This document shows, in pieces, positions 50,234-63,561 of a DNA stretch of 64,000 nucleotides. The number at the start of each line of letters is the position of its first letter. The stretch's first letter is position 1. The translations under genes and the position numbers were made by a program. Under the pieces are notes generated by a model. The model did not search any database. It was not told the origin of the DNA and was given only the letters and a program-made list of their open reading frames with translations. This DNA comes from Octopus sinensis (lineage: Eukaryota), in NCBI RefSeq assembly GCF_006345805.1, contig NC_043006.1:47554001-47618000 (forward strand), read 5' to 3'.

Positions 50234-52770
50234 AGATAGGTAGTTAAATGCAGAGAGAGTGAGAGAGATGGACATAATGCATACCCATACACACTAAGTT
50301 GCATACATACATACATACATACATACAAACATTCATACAAACAAACATCCATCCATACATACATATACACGAGTAACCCTTTTCCCCAGTGACATATTTG
50401 GCATGTTTTTCTTATTTATCACTTCTTTTTCCTATTTACGTACATTTTTCTATGCAGTTTATTTGGAATACCAAAGTTCCTTCATCCATTATGAACATTT
50501 CTAGACTTTCGTGTTTTCATTATTAAAAAAAGTTATATTGGCATGTGTCACTATATTTTCATAGCAGGTAGATTCAAAGACATCGATGTAGCCATTACCA
50601 CCGGATTTTGATGTTTCGGTTTTTTTTGTACTTAAACTAGAACAACGAAGCAAGATAAAAAAACAAAATTTGCACCACAGAGTTCCGGAAGATATTGATA
50701 ATTGATCGAAGGAATTATAGACGTACATTCACAGGAAAGAGAAAAAAATTGAAGCAGTATTTTTACAGTTAGAGAAAGATCTAAATAAATTAGTGAGGAA
50801 GGAGCATATATTTTGCAATATTAACATTGCCAGTTATGAATAATACATCGACAACTCTCTGATGACGGGTTACGCGTAGCAATAGAAATAAATTAAGCAA
50901 ACTCTTCAAAAGAAAATATTTATCTACACATACAAGATGGTAAATTCTCAACATGTCCTATTTATACTCATTGAAGACAAAATTACTCTTTTCAGCCTTT
51001 ATTGCAATTTGCTCTTAAAACCAAAATATCATTTAATTTTAATATCCGAGAAAGTTTTAGAAATCGCAGCTATAAAATAACTCTAGATATAGGGAATATA
51101 CCAAAAGACCTACGTGGAAATGAATGTGATACAAATACATTTATAGAAAACTATAAAAAAATAATCAAAAAGAATCTTAAATTATTTTTGCATGTCCCCG
51201 ATTTAAAATTTACAGCAACACAATTATATGTATAAAATTAAAAGGTGATAGTAACCAATCAAGCGTACATATGCATCAATGACTTACAAGTGGAAAATCT
51301 TGTTTTATACTCTGCAATCGAAGAGGATTCAATGCAGTATCCATTTACATAATATTAAATATAAACACTCAAAATAATCTCCTCTAATACATATCTCAGC
51401 TAAATTCAACGACATAACAACTACGTTAAAACTTAGATAAGACTATCAAATAATACAAACAGGAAAGTTGCAGTAAAAGGTTACCTGAAGACTTCTTACA
51501 GATTTTTCAAAAAACGATTAAATTAAGCAATATCTCCACATTAGGCGTTTCGGTGGCCAAAACAATACAATATATATTACATAATGTATATTATGAAAAA
51601 TAATATAACTACCCATGAGACTAAGTAACGTCCTGAAATAGTTATAACTGTCCTGTAAAGCTGAAATATTGTGCGGCTGCCCACGGTGATGTCAGACCTT
51701 ATCAATAAGAAACTGTAAGTGCGTAAAGCGACGAATAAGATACGAACGCCCAGTTTGATGCAATGATTCGAAACAATTACTTCGTAATCTCGCTCCTACA
51801 CTCGTTTTGCAATTATGACAATCGCCTGTCGACTTACCATGCGGTTCAAGTAGTGATAGCTACAATGCTCAAAGCAAATTAGGAAACAATTCAAGACAAC
51901 ACATTTACAGTGCACAGAAATCCTCATCTCAATAGACAGAGGATGATGGAACCAAAGTACATACCAATGCGTAGTGCTAGAATATAACCGCGTCCGAGAT
52001 GTGCCCGGTACAGTCCAAGTTTTTCGGTTGCTGATATATAATCTCAAGTTCTAATTTCACCAATAATATTTATGCAAACGATGTTAGATTCATCTACACA
52101 TAAAACGCTAGCAATACACATCCGCTTACCTTCATCCTGAGGCTATGTCTATGAAAGTCTAAATTCTTTGATAATACACTTAGCAAATTTACTCTTCCAA
52201 GCAAAGTCTACGAAACTGATGCGAAAATAGAGAAAAGCAAAGCGGTATGTTTACTTTACAACATATATAAAATTACGCTTACTTTTTGTTTTTTGTATCG
52301 TGTTTTAGAAATCAAATTTCCTCAATTATTCTTTCTTTCTACATAGTTATTACCATAGATTCATAGTATATATTAACCTCTCTGAAGCACTTTGGTGAAA
52401 AATAACTCTATAAGCTCACCACGATTTACCTTGTAATATATGCATATATATACTACATTATGCGTGTGTGCTTGTAAGGATGTGATTTTGTGTCTGTATG
52501 TTTCTTTTACGTATGTATTTTTGTAGTTGTTTTAGTGCTTGAATATGTAAGAGAACTAGGCTTACAAATTCCAAGACACATAAATGCAAATCTTACGGAA
52601 AAAAACGCTATTAAATGAATAAACCTAAGATTTTTACATGCATAAGTATACACAGAAATGTATATGTATATGTGCGTATATATGTATGTATGCATGTATA
52701 TATGCATGTATGTATATATATATATATATATATTCATATATATGTATGTATATATATATATACACACATA

Positions 52771-52826
<56 letters not shown>

Positions 52827-53899
52827 TATACATTCATATTTACACTAAAATCTCGTGCTCACTCGCAATCATGCAATAATACAATCATGCATTAGGTACA
52901 ACACAACTCGCACCTCACCCTGAAAGACTCACAGACACATTTCGTTTACGTAAATGCATATACGCATGTTTCTGACTGTGCAAGAGAAACAGAACCTCCC
53001 AGAAAACGATAAAGAAAGAAAAGTAAGTTAGATGCCACGTATTTTTCTGTTAATCATGTGTAATGCAAGTTATAATTTCACGCTGTTTACCCAGAGTGAT
53101 GAGATTTGGAATAAAATCGTCCTTTCTATAATGATTTGACCTTTTTCAATGCCACCAGCGTGGAATATCAAAAGCAGCTAAGTCAGATGACATGCATTTT
53201 TAAGAAGAGTACAATGCTGCCTTGCTCACAGCTTCGCGCTGGCTTGCTGGCTAGCTGGTTGACTGACTGGCTGCAGGCTGACGAGCTTATTGGTGGGACA
53301 TCTTCTTCACTGGTAAACAGTGAGGGTTATTTGTTTATTTGTTTGTTTGGTTGGGTGGTTGTTTATTTCATTACTTTGTTCGTTGATGTTGATTTTCATG
53401 TTAGCTGAGTTTATTGTTCTTTATTGGATCGGTTTCTAGGTTTGTTACTTTGCCACTTTAGCTGACATAGCGGTTAGAGAATTCGTTGACCATCTATCCT
53501 CACGTCAGCCGTAACTAAGCATACCTATAGTCAGAAGCATTTCAGTTTTAGTGTTTCACTCTGTTTTCAGTCATATAGGTTTTGGTATTTGCTATTTCTC
53601 CGCCGAATCTCAGTCTATTCTACCATCTGCGATACCGATCTAGCATCATAGTCAACTAGGCTGATAAGTGAAGTATTGAGCAGTACATAATCTAAACTTT
53701 AGTCATCGAAAGTGCTTGGAAGATCAACAACCTATTATTTAACTATAAGCTGTAACAATCTCCAAACGAAACTTACTCTATCCTGCCCACAGCTACCAGA
53801 CTTTTTATTAGCACAGACGTTTTTCTATAAAACTTAAAACGTTAAGAAATTCAGATTGCTCCATCGAACTGCTTGTATCTACACCAGTGCATTCCTAAT

Positions 53900-54640
53900 C
53901 ACTACAACCAATTATTTGAACCTCTTGATAGCAGCTTTCCTATTCCATATAAATGACATCAACCAAAAACTCCTGCTTCCTTCCAAGCTATGCATGTTTT
54001 ACTGTGTATTTCAAGATCCTCTATATCGGAATACCAAATTCTGACGGTCGCACCCAACTTGGAAATAATTCCCAACTTTTCTCCCTTACACAGATCTCGT
54101 CCTTACCAGTCGTTGTTTTCTCTATGTCTGTTCAATGATTACGTGGAGGACTACTTATTTATTCTAACACGACTAGTGAGCCGTTGACTTTATATTATTC
54201 GGTAGCTCTTCCCACTTGTTTTTGATTGTAGCACATCAGCTCCGATACTGCCTTCATCTTGGACAACTTTCACTTTATATTGACCACAACCATTTCCACA
54301 TCAAAATTTAACAATCCACAACCTCACCTTTTACAACCATGTCACGCAAAATCATCTGTCTCCTCACAATCTCTCTCACTAAGGCGACTTGGTAGTCCAG
54401 CCTGTGACAAAGACATTAAGTACACCAATCACTCTATTTCTATTCTCGTATGAGCTATGTTAATTTCCTGTTGATGTGGTCTGCTGCTAAGCCGTCGCCA
54501 TATATAATATATCCTTCTCTGTATCTGCTGTTTCCCTAGTCGCTGTGCTTTCTCCCTTACATTCTAATGTGCATTTGGCCTTTCCAATGAGTCATCATAC
54601 GCAATTTTCGCTTCTTCAAATTTCTCACAACTGCCCCTTT
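53900..54640 (+). mobile_element. Possible old CR1-group LINE RT relic
   Basis: FLFHINDI (LFLxxINDL motif), DCS(H)ISS...ILD and LSLRRL, in shifting frames. Confidence 0.4.
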
Positions 54641-55599
54641 ATTCATACGGGAAACTAAATCACACTGGTAGATGAGATCATTGGTATACCCAACAAAAAA
54701 AGAAACGGCTATCTAACCAGAAAAGTATCCCATCAACGAATCAAAATAGGACCACACTGAAGCCTCTATTTTATTGATTTCAAATTTTGGTACAAGACCG
54801 GTTATAAATCTGTTATATTACTCACTCTTCTATAAACAGCACCCCGTGCTCATAAAAATTCCCGACAGTATGTTATTTGAGAGATGAATGGCTGATATTT
54901 CAAATAAGTTTAAGAACATGAAACCAACAGAAGGTAAGTTAAGGGATAGGTAGGCTTATGATATTCTAAGTTAGGGAACATTGGTTGGCAGATATGTATG
55001 GAATAGAGTACAATATCCGTAGAAGTTGATGAGTTTAAAAAAAGAACAGAAGATTACTAGACGAAGATGGCGGTGGGATGCCGATAATAGGATACGCCGT
55101 TCAAATACTCTAAGCTGCAAGAAGGGAAATAAGAAAGTAATACGAATAATATAATATTTAAGGAATAAATAACAATGATTACAACAGCGACGTAGACGAT
55201 GACGACAACTGCAAAAAGGAAACAAACACAAGCAAGCAGAAATAGACATACATGTACACACACAACAACAATAATAATAATAAAATCAACAACAACGAAT
55301 CTTTAGTCAATGGCAAATACAATGACAAACACAACAAAGAAAGCAATACAAAGCAAAGAAAAGGAAAAAAAAAAACAAAAAGAAAAAAATCAAGTGAACG
55401 CATCAAAGAAAACAAAAAGAGAAACAAGTGCACGAGAAAAGGCTGAAAGCGGAAAAAAAGAAAAAAGAAATATGCGACAAAAAGAAAAACCCCATAAAAA
55501 AAGAAAAAGAAACGAGCACGAAAATATAATACAATGGCAATGTGAATAGTAAAAATCAACAGCAGGAAGAAAATAATAACAGTAGTAGTAGTAGTAGTA

Positions 55600-55632
<33 letters not shown>

Positions 55633-55822
55633 AAGTAGTAGTAGTCTAGAAGAAAGCATCACCATCAACATCACCTTCACCACTGCCATCGCTTTTGCTT
55701 TCTGTTTCTTTTTGTTTCCTTTTCGTAAGCTTCTGTAGTAGCAGTGGCATCATAGAAGAAAGGGAACGACGACAGCAATAAAACACACACACACACCACA
55801 CATATATATATATATACATACG

Positions 55823-55895
<73 letters not shown>

Positions 55896-55951
55896 TATAT
55901 AAAGGCGGTGCTCCAGCATGGCCACAGTCACGTGACTGAAACAAGTAAAAA

Positions 55952-55999
<48 letters not shown>

Positions 56000-56044
56000 T
56001 ATATGTATATATATATTATATATATATATATATATATACATAGA

Positions 56045-56411
56045 TTTTTTTTCACTTGTTTCAGTCACGTGACTGTGGCCATGCTGGAGCACCGCCTTTA
56101 GTCGAGCAACTCGACCCCGCGACTTATTCTTTGTAAGCCCAGTACTTATTCTATCGGTCTCTTTTGCCGAACCGCTAAGTGACGGGGACGTAAACACACC
56201 AGCATCGGTTGTCAAGCAATGCTAGAGGGACAAACACAAACACACACACAGACACATACATATATATATATACGACAGGCTTCTTTCAGTTTCCGTCCAC
56301 CAAATCTGGTATAGCAGAAGACACTTGTCCAAGATGCCACGCAGTGGGACTGAACCCGGAGCCATGTGGTTCGTAAGCAAGCTACTAACCACACAGCCAC
56401 TCCTGCGCCTA
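56045..56411 (-). mobile_element. SINE family A in (TA)n, with an inverted copy of its tail at 55900-55954
   Basis: Full-length reverse-complement match; tail mirrored across a (TA)n spacer. Confidence 0.9.
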
Positions 56412-56548
56412 TAAATATATATATATATACAAAAAGCAATAAAGATTCAAGTTAATTTAAATGAATTTACTTGAATATGGTACCTAACTTAGATGCACCA
56501 AAAAAAACTATACTGTTTTAACAATACAGTAATGTGGGGTGATTATAA

Positions 56549-57307
56549 GCGAGAAAGAAGCAACAAGAATGGATAGGTTTTTAGTACAATCGTTTCATAC
56601 AAGGACAGGCTTTATTAAAAGTTGTAAAAATTACAGCATATAACGTGTCCCGTACTCATCAGCTAAAATACATGTGAGTTCTCTAGACATCCTAGTGGTT
56701 GAGGCTATACTCATGAAGTAATGTAGATAATTAAGTAACATAAACAGATTTCCAAAGTTCATTAAAGTTCTTTAAAGATGATGTACAGTCTTATCACAGA
56801 ATTTTTAAAAAGTTGTAATAGCATCACAGAGAAGGTGACCTAATCCATAGAGCACATATGAATTTCCAGAGATATGATGAGGGATTACATACTCACAGAA
56901 GACAAATTTATCCATTGTTAATCACAACAGAGGTGGGTTGTGATTAACAATGGATAAATTTGTCTTCTGTGAGCATGTAATCCCTCATCATATCCTGGAA
57001 ATTCATATGTGCTATGGATAGGTCACCTTCTCTGTGATGCTATTAGAACTTTTTTAAATTCTTGATAAGACTGTACATCATCTTAAAGAACTTTATGAAC
57101 TTTGGAAATCTGTTTATGTTACTTAATTATCTACATACTTCATGAGTATAGCCTCAACCACTAGGATGTCTAGAGAACTCACATGTATTTTAGCTGATGA
57201 GTACGGGACACGTTATATGCTGTAATTTTTACAACTTTTAATAAAGCCTGTCCTTGTATGAAACGATTGTACTAAAAACCTATCCATTCTTGTTGCTTCT
57301 TTCTCGC
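56549..57307. repeat. 759-bp near-perfect palindrome (arms 380 and 371 bp, 8-nt loop AGAGGTGG)
   Basis: Left arm 56549-56928 is the reverse complement of 56937-57307; the outer ~170 bp are identical. Confidence 0.95.
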
Positions 57308-57356
<49 letters not shown>

Positions 57357-57882
57357 AACAATTATTATACGGATATACAGTAAAAAAAAGTGAAGAAATA
57401 ATGTGAAATATGAAAAGTATATTGATTCAAGAACAAATAAACACATTGACACGTGTATATCAAATGATTCTGTGAGATGTGCACTATTTTCTAACGAAAC
57501 GTACACCCACACACACATATATATATATACACACATACATACACATACATATGTATGTATGTATATATGGGAGTATGTATGTGTGCGTATGTAAGCGTGT
57601 GTGTGTATATCCAAAATCATTAAAGCATGTACCGTACATTTGGGTATGTTTCATAAACATCAATGATTTTTACAATAGCGTTTCGCACACATGCAAGCAT
57701 GCGAAATCATTCACACGCAGAGATGGAATTACTCTCAGACACACACACACAAACACACACATACATGTGCATATATGCAATGTATATATGCAGAAGCGCT
57801 TATACATATATACAACCGAAAATATGCAAGTTAGACTGTTTATGTATTTCATTACATACTGATAATTGCATCTGTGTGTGTG

Positions 57883-57932
<50 letters not shown>

Positions 57933-58045
57933 ATATACAGTCATACACACACACATACATATGTACATACATACATACACACACTCACACACACATATAT
58001 GTTCATACATTCATACATACTTATACATACAGATATATTATATAT

Positions 58046-58084
<39 letters not shown>

Positions 58085-58361
58085 CAACACAGACACATAC
58101 TCATACACAGTGTGAAACACAGACACACGCATGCATGTATGCAGTAGTGTTTTTATATTTTAATATAATTTCTCTTTGAAAATTAGAATTCTTACACGCA
58201 CACATACACACATACATCTGACGCATGGCTATGTGTCTATAAACATGTGTGTATGTGTGTGTATCTGCGTATATTTTAGTGTGAGTGTGTATGTGTGTTT
58301 TGTGAATGTGGTCTTCTGTTGGAGTGCAAGAAAACATATTGTTATTATTATTATCATCATT

Positions 58362-58577
58362 AAAGCGGCTAGCTGGCAGAATCGTTAGCATGCCGGGCAA
58401 ATGCTTAGCAGCATTTCGTCCGTCTTTACGTTCTGAGTTCAAATTCCTCCGAAGTCGACTTTGCCTTTCATCAATTCGGGGTCGATATATTAATTACCAG
58501 TGAAACACTGTGGTCGATGTGATCAACTTTTTCCCCTTCACCAAAAGTTCAGGTTTTGTGCCTTTAGTAGAAAAGGT
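58362..58577 (+). mobile_element. SINE family B monomer following (TTA)n
   Basis: AAAGCGGCTAGCTGGCAGAATCGTTAGC head through TTGTGCCTTTAGTAGAAAAGG tail. Confidence 0.85.
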
Positions 58578-58580
58578 TTT

Positions 58581-61280
58581 AAGCCGGGCGTTACAAATAA
58601 AGTACCGCTTATTTGTAACAGTTTAATGAGCGCTGTACATAATTTGCCCCGAAACTTCAGATTCTTTTTGCTGCATGGTCGGTAGCTTAGAAAAAGTACC
58701 ACTTCATCTATCAACCAATCAGAAGCTAGCCTTACATCTGACAACAATTTCTGCGACACAAACGGAATATTTTTCCAGTTGAATTCATTTTCAGCCGAAG
58801 GTCAGTCGACGATAAAACAAGAGTACAAATTTTTGTTATAAATTTATTTATCGAATTGAAAGCAAGGTTTTTATATTTTGCTTATTAAAATGTATTTAGC
58901 GTAATTACAGGTAAATTATTTAAATTTGAACCTTTTTAGAACCACTGAGCAGGCAAATAAACAAACACGTGTTCATGTAATGAAGAGTTGATTAAGGATT
59001 GTAAAATTAATATCTATTTTTTATACTTTTATACATTATAGACGTTTGTATCGAACAGATGTCTGAAAATTTAACTTAGTTATTACGAAATTAGAAGTAA
59101 TTGAAAAGTGTAATTTTATTAACCTCTATTTTTATTTTCAGTACCTACCTACATAGCAATATTGTGTTGCTATTTTTCAAGAAGGTATGAGTCATGTGCC
59201 TAGACCATATATGTATTTCTGAAGATTTATACATTCCTTATGAAATTGTGAAGTGACAACTAGTAATATTTGCTGATTTTATCCTTACAGAATGTCTCGC
59301 CACCAAAAGACATTATCTCAAATGGAAATTGAGGAAATTTTGTATGAAGATATTCCTTCAGATGATGAATCAACTTGTGATGATGAGGTCTCAGATGAAG
59401 CTATTTTAGAACAAAATAATGTTTTGGAGGAAGAAACAGCAAATATAGAATTTGATGATTTATCAGAATCTGATTCAAACGATGTTACATTAGCGTCCTT
59501 TGCAGGTAATAAAAATCTAAAGTGGGCTAAGGTAATAAGTATTACACAGCCAACAATTGTGTTACCAAACCAAGTGGTGTAGCAAAAGATATCCAGGAAA
59601 TGCAAGAGCCAACACCTTATGCAATATTCCGCGAGTTGTTCACTGATAACATAATAGAACAGATTGTTTTCCATACTAATTTGTACGCTGTTCAATCAGG
59701 CAAAAATTTGGTTCCTATCACTGCCAAGGAAATAAAAGCTTTTTTTGGCAATTAATTTGATGATGGGAGTTAAACGTTTGCCCAGTTATAGTGATTATTG
59801 GAGTACAGATCCCAAGTTAAATGATCCATTGATAAGCAGACTAATGCCATTAAAAAATTGATTGTTTATTATCACGTGTTCATTTGAATGACAATTCTCT
59901 TATGCCACAAAGGGGCTCCTCTAACTCATATAAAATGTACAAAGTCAGACCATACCTTGAAATGATCATAAATAACTTTTTAAAATGCTATTGTTCCAGT
60001 GGTGTAGTCGCTGTGGACGAATCAATTTAAGGGTAGGAATAGAGCAATATAACCCCATCAAACCAATAAGTTGGGATTACAAAATTTGGGTACTGGCAGG
60101 GTATTTTATTGAGAGTGAAATTTATACAGGTAAAAATGCTGGCAAAGTTACAAATGTCTTAGGAGGGAATGTAGTTAGAAAATTAACAAGTCAAGTAAAA
60201 GGGAAATCATAAAGTATTTTTGACAACTATTTTACTAGCTATGACCTAGTTTCTTATTTACAGTGCCACATGCAATTATTTGCATGTGGCACTGTAAATA
60301 AGAAAAGGGTGAAATTTCCTCAGTCTTATGACAAAGACTTGGAAAGAGGTGAACATGATTGGTTTATTTCTGTTGACGGAATCTCGGCTGTGAAATGGAA
60401 AGATAGGAGAGTGGTATATGCTACTTCAGGTTTTCATGATCCTACTGGAATATGTCAAGCTTCAAGGCGAGGAAATGATGGAAACAAGCTCCAAAAAATA
60501 TGTCCACTTATGATAAAAGATTACAACCTAAATATGAATTGTGTAAGTAAGTTTGACCAGCTAAAAGAAGCCTAACAAATAGACTGTGAGAGTCACAAAT
60601 GGTGGAACAGAATATTTGTTTTCTATCTTGCTGCAGCAATTGTAAACGCTTTCAAACTTCATAAGGAAGTACAGAACAACAATATGACACTGCAAAAATT
60701 CAGATTAGAAGTTATTGATAGCTTAGCAGCAGAATCTATTGTGCTAAAGAGAAACAGAAAAGGGCTTTCAATAGAAATTAAAAGTCGAAAGCCACATGTT
60801 TCATTAGAGATTAGAAAGAGAGAGTCGGCTCATCAACCGATACAAGGAGCTAGAAGGAGGTGTGATTTGTGCAGGTCAAAAGCTACACAAATCAGAACAG
60901 AGTGGAAATGTTCTATTTGCGAAGTTCTTCTCTGTCTTGGTAAACGGAAACAATGCTTCCAAGTTTATCACAAATAAAGATGTTCCTAATATTCGGTGGT
61001 ACAAATTTCAGACCACCTCCAGTAAGTCAAAATTATATATATGCATATGTGTGTGTATGTTTGTGCGTGTGTGTGTGTGCGCGCGCGCGCGTGTGTGCGC
61101 GCGCGCGCGTGCGTGTGCATGTGTAAGTGTGTGTGTGTGTGTATTTTTAATTTCCAACTGGAAATACGTAATTTAGTTAATAATAAAGGGCAAATGTATG
61201 TGTGGTCAATGTAAGGTCAATGAATAAAATTTTGCCTTCTAGAGATTTTTTGGCCTATCTGTCTTACCCCTGAAAGACTG
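58581..61280 (+). mobile_element. Decayed piggyBac-family DNA transposon (boundaries approximate, TIRs not identified)
   Basis: Transposase remnants at 59292-60977; non-coding flanks bounded by SINE insertions. Confidence 0.75.
59292..60977 (+). pseudogene. piggyBac (PGBD-like) transposase pseudogene
   Basis: Acidic N-terminus, LFTDNIIEQIVFHTNLYA, EIKAFL, VAVDES (60007), FDNYFTS (about 60220), WKDRRVV, YNLNMNCVSKFDQ (third catalytic D appears lost), KWWNRIF, and the cysteine-rich end CDLC...CSICEVLLC....CFQVYH. Multiple frameshifts. Confidence 0.9.
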
Positions 61281-61281
61281 G

Positions 61282-61475
61282 AGTCGGCGAACTGGCAGAA
61301 TCGTTAGCACGCTGGGCGAAATGCTTAACGCTATTTCGTCTGTCTCCATGTTCTGAGTTCAAATACCGCTGAGGTCGACTTAACCTTACATCCTTTCGGG
61401 TTCGATTAATTAAGTAACACTGAAATACTGGGATATATGTAATCGACTAGTCCACTCCAGGATTTATGTGGGTAA
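61282..61475 (+). mobile_element. SINE family B
   Basis: GGCGAACTGGCAGAATCGTTAGCACGCTGGGCGAAATGC...GAGGTCGACTTAACCTTACATCC. Confidence 0.8.
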
Positions 61476-61479
61476 CGGG

Positions 61480-62035
61480 TTATTACCTGTAACCTTAGGT
61501 ATCTACAAGTTTTTCAATAGTCTTTCAAGTGCTTACGACCCTGCTGATAACCCTAAGAGACAAACTTTCAGTAGGGACTCTTCTGGGCCATCTATTTTCA
61601 TCTCCTTCAGCGATTTGTCAATATCTTTGTTGACAGTTCTCAATGCACAAATTATCATAGCCACGACCGCTACCGTTCGCATGCTGCAAATACTACCTAT
61701 TTCAAATTTTAAGAGATTCTATGAATATATTGTTTTTCTTCCACTTTCTTTACGAGCCTGGAATCAAACGCGAATGATAGGCCGATTAGTAAGTAACTTC
61801 GCTTTTCTTATTTATAATCGTTATGTCTGGTTTATTATTTTCTAGATTTTTATCCGTTGTTGTTGAGAGTATTTTGTAACATGTCTGGTGTTCCAGTATA
61901 AGTCTCAGGAACTGCCTACATGGCACAATCAACTAAAAATGGGATGAGAGGATCGCTGTGTAGACAGCGCCTGATGATTGTGCTAGGGTACGAGATGTAT
62001 TAAAAGAATGTCTGGCATGCTCTTAGCACATGGGA
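61480..62035 (-). mobile_element. Decayed R4-like RLE 3' fragment
   Basis: ENNKPDITIINKKKRSYLLIGLSFAFDSRLVKKVEEK and ICALRTVNKDIDKSLKEM...KVCLLG, similar to 43185-43514. Confidence 0.55.
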
Positions 62036-62850
62036 CTAATAGTAGCATATAAAAGCATATATAGAGTTGTTTAAATAAAAAATTGTCTCACTAGATTGGG
62101 TAAATATTTTGTTGCTCTTACCGTCTATTATGTGTGTTTGTGTGTGTGAGTGTGTGCGTGTGTGTGTATGTGTGTGTGCATGTTTGTATTTGGGTTTGTC
62201 TAGATGTGGGTGCGTGCCTATATGCGTCACACATCAATCATTAATATTATACGCTAAAACATGTATAAACTATGAGATGACTAAAGTTGTCCTCTATCTG
62301 ACATAATTCGAATCTGATATGAGAGTTGTAAAAAAAAATACTTCCAAGTTTTACTAGACCGCACTATAGTATCCTATTCCTCCTATTGTAAATAACAATA
62401 AACATTTAACTATATAGATAACAGAATTAATATCTCCTATCATAAACCTTTATCGAGGAATCAAGCTATTTTATTACACATTCTATGTTAAAAATAGCTA
62501 CCTTCAAGACAAAAATACAAAGGCAATATATTTTCTTTTCATGAATCACTAGTTTTAATACTTTTATGCCTTCATGAGTTTTTTTTCTAGACAAGAGGCT
62601 TCATAATAATTTTCTTATAATTTTTTTCATTAGAATATTTCAGAAATTTTCGTACGACTTTTGTTATTAAAAGTTTCATAGACAGACTTACATAGAAAAT
62701 AAATCTATTGAAAATTTATCTAGTATATACTATTTCTGCTGTGAAGTTGTTTATAAATGGACCACTTGGTTGGTTATCCACCTCTCTGCAAGAATCGTTT
62801 TGGAAGAAATCCTTACACACACACATGTGCGCACGAACGCACACACACAC

Positions 62851-62968
<118 letters not shown>

Positions 62969-63224
62969 TGTACTGTGATATATGCCTGTATTCTTGGTAG
63001 TGAATACAGATCTTTGGAACTGAATACTGCAGTAGTCATCTTTCTGAAGAATATCTACGTTAAGAAAGATATAAAGATTTCCATTCGGCACTGCTGCTGC
63101 CTCTGTCACAAATATCTATTTTTAAAGAAGTGTTCTGGCAATTTCAGACATCATTAACTGAAAAACCACTGTAATCCTAACTATTGTTGGTAGTGGTAGT
63201 TGGCTAGCATGCGGAAACCGGACG

Positions 63225-63271
63225 TCTGCAACTGAGGAAGCGCAGTATGCTGAAACCACGTGATCTAGTCG
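63225..63271 (+). ncRNA. Degenerate hammerhead-like motif
   Basis: CTGAGGA-AGCG-cagta-TGCT-GAA-ACCACGTGAT-C. Stem III is one mismatch from palindromic; stem I is poor. Confidence 0.35.
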
Positions 63272-63459
63272 TTCTGGGACCCATCACAAACGGTTGTCGT
63301 TTCCTATGATATATATCTATGCTCTTAAAATCATACGTTAATACGGTTGCCCATTGCAAGGCGAAAACAGCAATATTCAAGATTCTAATAATACAGCCAC
63401 GTTATGTAATATATAAAGACTGCCATTCAGGACCACTACTACTTTCGACCCTAACGTAC

Positions 63460-63503
63460 ATACACGCATACATACACATATACATACAAACATACATACA
63501 TAT

Positions 63504-63561
<58 letters not shown>

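Noticed and set aside
50855-50895. CTCTGATGACGGGTTACGCGTAGCAATAGAAAT hammerhead-like string
   Set aside because: Stem II only partly pairs, and stems I and III and the NUH triplet cannot be formed.
50750-51600. AT-rich ORF-like tract (similar tracts at 16100-16450 and 28760-29330) that might be decayed TE protein
   Set aside because: No recognisable motif in any frame; needs a profile search before any claim.
57192-57225. CTGATGAGTAC motif inside the palindrome
   Set aside because: No downstream GAAA or stem II partner; not a hammerhead.
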